Position numbers and translations under genes: made by a program. Positions 35,294 to 43,907 of a stretch of 43,907 nucleotides of DNA are shown here, in pieces; the first letter of the stretch is position 1, and the number at the start of each line of letters is the position of its first letter. This DNA is from Scenedesmus sp. PABB004 (taxonomy: Eukaryota). The stretch is taken from assembly GCA_014905635.1 (NCBI GenBank), contig JABVCE010000024.1, positions 496,001 to 539,907 of the forward strand, given 5' to 3'. The notes below the pieces were generated by a model. That model ran no database searches. It was not told where the DNA came from and worked only from the letters and a program-made list of their open reading frames with translations.

Positions 35294-36069
35294 TCGACGG
35301 GCCCCGCTACGCGATCGGCCGGCCTAACAGTTGTTCTAACATGGTGCGAAGCTCCGGCTGGTTACTCTGAAGGGTTGTTCAACATAGCGACGCGCCCCAC
35401 GCTCCAGGGCCAGCTGGCTGCCTGGACACGGGCGCTGTGGTACTGGGCGCGAAGCAGCGACTACAGGCGCATGGTCGCGGTCTCGCGTCTGGGCGGCCTG
35501 GCGCACGCCCAATCGCACAGGAGGCAAAAGCCCGATTGGCATGCCACCGCTGGCACGCCGGGCGCTGATGCCACTGGCACGTCCGCACGTGGCACGCGGG
35601 ACCGTCAGTGGCACTGGCGCCCAATCCCCGCGCCAGATCACGCCCCAGGTTGTCGGCCCGACAGCCCCGCCGACGCCTCCAAGCAGTGCCCCCTCATGCT
35701 GCCACCGCCCGCTGCGACAGCCGCTTGTCAACGCCAGCAGCCGGGGGCGGCGCTGCCAGTGGCGCAGCTGCGTGTCGGCGGTTCCGTAACGATCGGAGCT
35801 GGCCTGTCATGCCATCCAGCATGGCCACGGGGCCGCGGCCATGCTGCCGCTGCTGCGACGCCCGCGCCCCGCCCGGCGGGCCCCGGCGGCTGCTCCGGCA
35901 GCCGCGCCCAATGCCACCGGTCCACCTGTGCGCACGCGCAGCCGCTGCTGCGCGGCGGCGCGGCCGCCGCGAGCCCGGCAGTCGCGGCGGGGCGCAGCCT
36001 AGGCGGCCCTCTGACCTCTCACCGCGCCCACCACCTCAGCCGCCGCCTCGCCCGCCCCTGGTGGTGCAG

Positions 36070-36624
36070 GGCCACGCGGAGGCGGTGGTGCGCGGCCTGG
36101 CGCTCGAGAGCCTGGCGGAGCTCGACGGCGTCGTGGGCGTCGGCGGCGACGGGTTGTTCAGCGAGCTGCTGGCCGGCCTGCTGCAGCACCCGCACCCCGC
36201 GCAGGCCCTGCGCCTGCGCCTGGCGCTCATTCCTGGCGGCTCGACCGACGCCGTGGCGTGCACGTGCGCGCACGCCACGCGCGCGCGCGGTCGGCGGCAG
36301 TGCGCCGGGGCCGCCGGTCTGCCGCGCCCGCCCGCCGACCCGCGCCACCGCCGCCCGCGGCCGATCCACGCCAGGCTGCACGGGACGCGCGACGCCCTGA
36401 CCGCGACCCTCCACATCGCTCTGGGCGACTCAACGCCCCTGGACGTCGCGCAGGTGGTGCCCTTGGCCGTTGCGCCGCCGGGCGGCGCGGTCGAGGCCGA
36501 GCGCGGCGCGACGGCGACCCCGCCATGTCACGCGGGGCGCAGCCCACCGCTGCCCTGCTGCACCGCGTTGGATCACGCTCGGGCTTGGGCGTCGCCGGGG
36601 CGGCGCTGCAGCGCCGTTCGCTGA
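36070..36624 (+). pseudogene. Two-exon fragment of a ceramide/sphingosine kinase (DAGK catalytic domain)
   Basis: GHAEAVV...LDGVVGVGGDGLFSELLAGL...LALIPGGSTDAVACT|LHGTRDALTATLHIALGDSTPLDV shows the GGDG and CERK-type GSTD motifs. No upstream NPxxG exon and no downstream accessory-domain exons are seen before a stop at 36624. Confidence 0.75.
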
Positions 36625-37259
36625 GCGCTGGGCCGCGTCGGGGCCGAGCCGCCCGCCCGGTCACCGCCGCGCTGCGCCAGCAGCTGCGGCGTGCTATATA
36701 CCCCCGCACCACCGCCGCCTGGGGCACGCGCAGCGCACCAGGGGCAGGCAGCCGGCGGCCCGCCGCCGCGCGGGGCAGCGCACGGGGTGCAGCGCGTGCT
36801 GCCGCGATGTGGCTCGGCCGCCGCCGCGTGCGCGTGGCAGGCGACGGGCAGGGCCTGCTGCTTGAGTTGTTGCCGCCGGAGCGGCGCTGCTGCTGCCCGC
36901 CGCGCTGGCGGCCTGTGCGCGCCGCCAGCGCTGCTGCTGCCCGCCGCTCAGCGCCGCGCAGCGAGCTGCGATGCGGTGAGCCGGGGCGCGCCCGGCGGCA
37001 TGGCGGCGGCGGCTTGCTGTCGCCGGCGTGCGCCCACTGCGCTGGCGCCGGCGCAGTGCCGTTTGCGGAGGTCGTCGCGCTGCGCTGCCGCAGCTGTTCG
37101 TGCCGAGTACCACCACAAAATCATTCCCCCTCTCGCTTTCAGCGCCTCCAAGCGGCCAACCGGGCAAGCGCCGGGCGCGCCTTGTTAAGTAACCCTTCCG
37201 AAACACTGCCGAAGAGTGAGCTTCGCACCGTGTTACCGGCCGATCGCGCGACGCCGGGC

Positions 37260-40200
37260 GCAGTTTGCGCTCTCTCAACGTTTTTTCATGAAACGTCCCA
37301 ACATGTCACCGCTATGTACCCAGCTCTGCCCGCAGCGCGGGCGCCGCCCCGCTTCAGCGGCGCTTCTCGGACTCGCTCTGATGCTTGCCGCTGCCACGGC
37401 CGCTCACGCAGCAGTACCCGCAGCCGTGGCTGCGACGGAGAGCAAGTGCGGCGTCAAGCTGCCGCCGAGCTCGGCGCTGCACGGATGCGGCATCCCGGGC
37501 TGCGCCGCGTGCACGCCTGGCTCCCCGCCGATTTGCCTGTGCTCAAGCCCAGGCTACACGCTCACTGCTTCCAAGCGAGGCTGCAATCGCTGCCCGTTCC
37601 CCTTCACCACCGTAGGGCACAACTCCAAGGCTTGTGATGGTGCGCGGCCTGCTACGCGCAGCAAGCGCACCAAGGCGCGGGCTCTCGCCTCACCTCACAC
37701 TCGCGCGCTCCCGCAGTCTGTGTGCCTGGCTACGGCTACGCGCCCGGCCCCACCTGCACAAAGTGTGCGGCGGGCGCCTGGTCGCCCGGCGGCACCTCGG
37801 CGTGCCGTGCGTGCGTGCGGCCCCCGCCCGAGCAGTGCCGCGCGCCGCTGGGGTGCGACGCCAACACGGGCATGATTTACTGGAGGAACCAGGCTGACGG
37901 CGCGGCCTGCACCGGGGGCGCGTGCAGCGCCGGCCAGTGCGTCACCGGCGGTGTGGTGAGTAGTGGCGCGCGCACGCACGCACAGCGAGGCGCGCGAGCG
38001 GGGGAGCGAGGGGGCGGCTTGTTGGGCCCTGTGGACCGACCCATCGCTGTGTGCGCGCGCGCAGGTGACCCCGGCCCACTGCACGGACGGCGTCAAGAGC
38101 GGCGACGAGACAGGTGCGCCGCGCCGAGCGCGCCCGGGGTGCCCTGCAGCGGGCACTGCCGCACAACGCCGCCTGATCTGCTGCCGCCGCCTCACGCACA
38201 CGCACACCCACGCACACAGACGTGGACTGCGGCGGGAGCTGCCCTACGTGCTCGACCGGCAAGCGGTGCTCCAGCTCTGCACACTGCACAGATGGTCTTT
38301 GCAAGGGTGGCTTCTGCGCCGTGTTGGCTGCATCCTGCCAGGACGGCCTGCTGAGCCCGGGCGAGACAGGTGTGGCCCGTGGCCCGCGCCCGCGGTGGGG
38401 AGGAGGGGGGAGGAGGGGGGCTCTGCCGCACGCGCCTCTGGGTGCCGACGTGCTGCGCTACGCTCGCGCCCTCGCAGGTGTGGATTGCGGCGGCTCGAGC
38501 TGCCTTCCGTGCGGCACGGGGCAGCGCTGCGAGCGGCCCTCGGACTGCGCGTCCAGCAACTGCAACAAGGGCAGCTGCGTCGCCCAGGTCCCCACGTGCA
38601 ACGACGGTGCGCGCGCACCACGCCCCCCGTGCTGGGCCGCAGCATGCGGCTACCACCAGCGCTGCGCGCTCGCCAGCGGTTACAGCCCGACCCGAGCCCC
38701 TCCCCGCTGGCGCACCGCACAGGCATCTGGAATGGCAACGAAACCGACGTCGACTGCGGCGGGCCCAACTGCCCCGAGTGCCGCAGAGGAACGCGCTGCA
38801 CCTTTGACTCGGACTGCAGCACTGGCCTGCTGTGCAGGGGCAGCTTCTGCGCCCGCCAGGTGAGCGCGCGCAGCGCAGCCCCGGCGGGTGTGCGCTGCAC
38901 TCTGTGCAGCAGCGCTCAACCCCCTCGCTGCGCTGCTGCTGCCTATCCGGAACGCGCAGCCGCCGTCCTGCTCTAGCACCACCTGCGGCGGCGTTTGCCC
39001 GGCGTGCCCAGTCGGCGGTAAATGTTCAACTGCGTATGACTGCACGTCCGCCAACTGCATCAACGGTGTGTGCAAGACACAGGAGCCGACCTGCTTTGAC
39101 GGCATCAAGAACGGTGACGAGACTGACGTGGACTGCGGTGGCAGCTCGTGCCTCCCGTGCCTCACCATCCACGCCGCCTGCAAGATAGACTCCGATTGCG
39201 GCTCTGACTACTGCAAGGGAGGCTCCTGCGGCGAACCGGTGCGCGCACGCGCGAGGGCGGATGCAGCGAGCTGCCTCTCGACCCTCTTGCTCCCGGCGTC
39301 TCACACCTGCCTCATTGCTGACACCCTGCAGCACCCAACTTGCTCCGATGGCATCAAGAACGGTCTGGAGACGGGCGTAGACTGCGGTGGCAGCGCCTGC
39401 CCCGCCTGCTCCATTGGCACCACATGCCTGGTGCCAACTGATTGTGATACAGGCAACTGTGTGCAGGGCACGTGCAGCGGGGCCTGGCCCACGTGCTCCG
39501 ACGGCATCAAGAACCAGGACGAGACGGGTGCGGGGCGGTCGGCGCCCCCTCAGCAGCCTTGCGCACCGCCTTGTGGTGGCACCCTGACAGCCGGCCTGGC
39601 CTCACGCTTGGCCGCTGCCTGACCGCAGGCACCGACTGCGGCGGCGTCAGCTGCCGCCCCTGCCCGCTCCAGCAGCCGTGCGCACTCGACGGCGACTGCT
39701 CGTCTGGCAACTGTGTGAACAGCGTGTGCTCGACGGTGGTGAGCATGCGCAGCGCGCGGCGCCATGTGTCGCGCGCAACACCCAGCAATACGCAACCCCT
39801 CGCTGCGCTGCCGCCACCTGCCTGAAACGCGCAGGCACCGTCCTGCTCGAACACCACCTGCGGTGGCACCTGCCCTGCATGCCCGGCCGGCAGCAAGTGC
39901 ACCGCTGCAACCGACTGCGCGTCCACCAATTGCGTCAGCGGCGTGTGCGCGACAAAGGTGCGTGATTGTGCCTGCTCCCGCTCACTCGGCGAAACCGCTC
40001 AGATTAGCAGCTGACGCCGACCATTGGCATGGTGCCGGCTGCCCACTGCAGGAGCCGACCTGCACCGACGGTGTCAAGAACGGCGATGAGACCGCTGTGG
40101 ACTGCGGCGGCAGCTCGTGCGCCCTCTGCGGCGATAACAAGTCGTGCAAGGCGGATGGCGACTGCGCGAGCTTCTTCTGCAACCCGGCCACGTCCACGTG

Positions 40201-40867
40201 CACCACCCCGGCACAGAAGCCCAGCCCGAGCCCAAGCCCCTCGAGCCCGAGCCCCTCGAGCCCGAGCCCCGTCCCCAGGCCCAGCCCGAGCCCGAGCCCG
40301 GGTGAGTGACGGGGTGTGCGTCTGTGTGCCTCTGTGCCCCTTGTGCGCCATCTTCTGCCGACACTGCCGCCCTGCGCCTGCTCGCCGCCGCAGCGAACAA
40401 CAACACGTGCGACCCAGTCAACAACCCCTGCGCCGCTGTCGTGGGGTCGGACGGCGCGTGCTCCAACACCGCGGGCGGCGGCTTCAGCTGTGGCTGCACA
40501 CGCGGCCTGACATGGAGCGCGGCGCAGCGCAAGTGCATCGGTGAGCGCGTGCCCCAGCGGGCTCCGCTCGACGGCGCTGGCAATCCAAGGTCGGAGCTCA
40601 TGCTGCCGACCTGGGCACCTGCGCTGCCCCGCAGAGAAGGATGATTGCGCCCCCGCGGGCGGCGGCAACCCCTGTGCCAACGTGGCCAACTCCAACGGCA
40701 CCTGCCACGACGTCGCTGCGCCTGGCAGCGGCTACATGTGCGACTGCGCCAACGGCTTTGGATGGGATGCCGCTACAACGAAGTGCACGGGTGGGTGTTG
40801 TGCGCGCGCGGCCGCAGACGACCGCATGCGCGTCAATCCTGCCCCCACCCACCCCGTTCCCCGCGCC
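37260..40867 (+). repeat. Right arm of the inverted duplication
   Basis: Reverse complement of the left arm, 31688-35293. Confidence 0.97.
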
Positions 40868-43800
40868 ATGAAATCTAGCGACGAGTGACTGCGTGCTCAA
40901 GCCCTGCGCCAACGTCACCAACTCCAACGGCTTCTGCTCTGACCTGCCCAATGCGGGCCACACCTGCGGCTGCAACCCGGGCTACACGTGGATTGCCAGC
41001 GCCGGCGCGTGCAGAGGTAAAGAATGGCCATGCCGCAGCGTGACAACGGGCGTCGCGCCCTGCAGCGTGCCAGCGGCTAACCGACACCCTCGCTCGCCCA
41101 CCTGCTGCGCCTGCGCAGACACGGACGGCTGTGCTGGCAATCCTTGCAAGGCCGACCCCAACGCCAATGCCACCAGCTGCAAGGACGTCCCAGCGCCCGA
41201 CAGCGGCTACACGTGCATGTGCAATCCCGGCTTTGTTTTCAACGCTATCACACGCAAGTGCCAAGGTGCGTTGCAGGAGAGCCGGGGCTCGCCTCTGCAC
41301 GCTGCACGCCGCACGCTGTGCGCCGCCCCCGCTCACCACCCCTCGCCCTTGCTCGCTGCCAATACACAGACGAGGACGGCTGTGCAAACAAGCCGTGCGC
41401 TGGCATCGCGAATGCTAATGGTGTCTGTCACGACGTGCCTGCGCCTGGCACTGGATTCACCTGCGAGTGCAACCCAGGTGGGTGGTGGGCGGATTGGCTG
41501 GGGGGCTGCGAGGTGACCAGTGACGTGTGTGCGTCTGCGGTATTCACGCCGCCGCTCACGCACGCGCGCTCCCTCTGGCTGCGCCAACCAGGCTACGGCT
41601 GGGCGGCGGCGACCAAGGTGTGCACAGCGACAAACGCATGCGTCACCAACCCATGCCAGGGCTTGCCGTTCTCGAACGGTGTGTGCTCCAGCCTGCCGGG
41701 CATGCAGTACAGCTGCGGGTGCAGCACCGGCTACAGCTGGAGTGCTGCGTTGCGCACGTGCATCGACACCAACGGTTGTGCGTCCAACCCTTGTGATGCC
41801 GACCCCAACGCCGTCATTGGAAGCTGCACGGACGTGCGCGCCCCAGACACCGGGTACACGTGTCGCTGCAAGCCTGGGTGAGCTCTTGTCTTGTCTGAAA
41901 TGTGCAAAAACCTCAACGCATTAACTGCCTTGAACTCCGAGCTGACAGTCTGCGTCACGCGGCCGCCCACTTGCAGGTATGAGTTCAACCAGCCAACGAG
42001 GCAGTGTGTAGGTGAGTGACCTCATTTCAGTGTTGCGTGTTGTGCTTCCGCGAGCCCAAAGGGCGTTGCTAAGACTGCCTGCCCGCAGATCCCAACGGCT
42101 GCACCAACGCGCCATGCAAGAGTGTGGCCAACTCCAACGGTCGCTGCTCTGATGTGCTTCCGCCAAACACGGGCTACGTGTGCGGCTGCGACACAGGTTA
42201 CAGCTGGGATGCCGCTGCCCTCAAGTGCAAAGGTGGGTGCGTGTGAACAGCATTGATTGTGGTACTGGGAATGTAGCTACTGCGGGAAATTGCCTCGCTC
42301 GTTGGCGGCAGACGCTGAGCGTGATAGGGCTGCCCAGTCCTGAGTATTCCCAAAACAATGCTCCCCCATCGCAGACACAAACGGCTGCCTGGGCAACCCA
42401 TGCTCCAACATGACCAACGCCAGCGGTGCCTGTACGGACGTGCCAGCGCCTGGCAGTGGGTTTGTGTGTGGCTGCATCAATGGCGCGCAGTGGATCTCTG
42501 GCGCGTGTGTTGGTGAGCAAAACGCTGTTTTGCCGCCGCTGCCTCATGCTGCTGCCACGTACATGCTCAACCCCCGCTGTTTCTGCCCGCAGATGTGGAC
42601 GGGTGCGTCAACAACACTTGTGGTGCTGTTCCTGGAAACAGCAATGGCACGTGCATCGATGTTCCAGCACCTGGCACAGGCTATACGTGCGCCTGCAGCG
42701 CCGGCCTCTCCTATGATGCATCCACCAACAAGTGTATCGGTGGGTGGGGGCTGCGCAAACAGAGTGGGCTTGAATTCATTAAATGCTGAGCCTCACACCC
42801 TTGCTGTCAATCGCAGACACCAACGGCTGCCTGGGCAACCCATGCTCCAATGTGACCAACGCCAATGGTACGTGCATCGACACTCAGGCTCCTGGAAATG
42901 GCTACAGCTGCGCCTGTCGCACAGGGTGAGGGAATGGGAATGCATTTTGCTGCACGAAATGCTCACGCGCTGCACCAGTCACCACCCCTCACCTTTCTGT
43001 CCGTGTCGCTGCAGGTACTCTTGGAGCAAGAGCGCCAAGCAGTGCAAAGGTAGGTAGGGGCGAGAAGGCCTTGCGCTGGTTGCTCGCTTCCAAGCCTCTC
43101 ACGTTTTTGGCTCCCCCTCTCTCTCTCCCGCTTTCTCCCTGTCTTGCAGACACAAATGGGTGCCGCAATGACCCATGTGGCACCGTCCCACACGCCATGA
43201 ACGGCTCGTGCGTCGACGTGGCAGCTCCTGGCACCGGCTACACGTGCAAGTGAGTGCACCGTGCCCGGGGTGTGACCGGGGGGGGGGGTGGATGGCGTGC
43301 TGCTCTCTCAACCGTTAAAGCCACTAACCAACGCCCAACTCAACAAAACTGATCAACTTTGCAGGTGCTCATCTGGATATTCTTGGAACACCACATCGTT
43401 GGCGTGCCAAGGTTGGTAGCTGGGTTAAATGATTCAACTTTTGTGGCTAACCTGGTGTTTCAATTGCTTGTTTAGTTTTGTTTGACGCCCATTTTCTCTC
43501 CGCCCGCAGACATCAACGGCTGTGTGAACAACACGTGCGCCGCTGTGGCCAACTCGGACGGCAGCTGCACAGACGTGCCTGCCCCGGGAACCGGGTACGT
43601 GTGTGGCTGCACCTCGGGCCGCGCATACGACGCTACAACCAACGCATGCACAGGTGGGTATGTGCCAGCACGTGAATTCGGCACCGCAGCTTTCTGCTGT
43701 GCTGCTGCTGCGCTGCCGGGGGCCACCCTGGGTTTGTGGTACTCTGCTCGCAGACATTGATGGCTGCACGGGCAACCCATGCGACAGCACGACCAACGCC

Positions 43801-43907
43801 ATAAATGGTACCTGTGCCGACGTGGCAGCTCCGGCACTGGCTTCACGTGCCAGTGAGTGTGCGCCGCCTGGCCCCAGGGGGAGGGGGTGCTGCTGCTGCT
43901 CTCGACC
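37288..43907 (+). CDS. Secreted Cys-rich repeat protein, copy B: signal peptide, Cys-rich N-terminus, 9 DCGG-type repeats, Ser-Pro linker, at least 14 tandem EGF-like units; runs off the window
   Basis: Hydrophobic LLGLALMLAAATAAHA, repeats such as PTCFDGIKNGDETDVDCGGSSCLPC, the linker PSPSPSPSSPSPSSPSP, and EGF units DTNGCxxNPC...C.DVxAPGxGYxCxCxxGYxW, mostly on phase-1 exons. Confidence 0.9.

Noticed and set aside
31688..40867. Autonomous DNA transposon with long TIRs, or a hairpin-RNA locus
   Set aside because: No transposase and no evident target-site duplication. The arms are host-type spliced genes transcribed away from each other, so a fold-back transcript is not expected without read-through.
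1..43907. Hundreds of long overlapping Arg/Ala/Pro-rich ORFs in the supplied track
   Set aside because: Expected from very high GC (few stop codons). The real genes are spliced and recognisable by motif.

Overview
Very GC-rich, intron-dense eukaryotic DNA, most consistent with a chlorophyte green alga. A Sphaeropleales/Selenastraceae-like origin is inferred from GC content, short introns with GTGCG donors, plastid-type transit peptides and gene content, not from a database match. Positions 1-30 kb hold tightly packed spliced genes: the 3' end of a CBS-domain gene, uroporphyrinogen-III methyltransferase, an AMI1/Toc64-type amidase, a DUF2256 protein, an FSH1 serine hydrolase, a polyQ/UIM RING-H2 E3 ligase, an S28 carboxypeptidase, an orphan ORF, an unknown multi-pass membrane protein, a plastid EF-hand membrane protein and IFT56/DYF13. 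Positions 30-44 kb are a large inverted duplication: ~3.6 kb arms, almost identical over the inner ~3.1 kb, around a ~2 kb spacer carrying ceramide-kinase gene fragments. The arms encode two head-to-head secreted Cys-rich proteins with the same N-terminal half (myxobacterial-style CxDGxxNGxETxVDCGG repeats, a Ser-Pro linker, two EGF units) but different 3' ends: at least 14 EGF-like units in total in one copy, and novel TC...CC repeats plus a putative beta-prism domain in the other. Other notable signals are a high frequency of GC-AG introns, a 97-bp tandem repeat that multiplies a splice donor, and three 1-nt frameshifts at C-runs, one of them in IFT56. Most ORFs in the supplied track are GC-driven artefacts. 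Exon boundaries were read by eye and are approximate.
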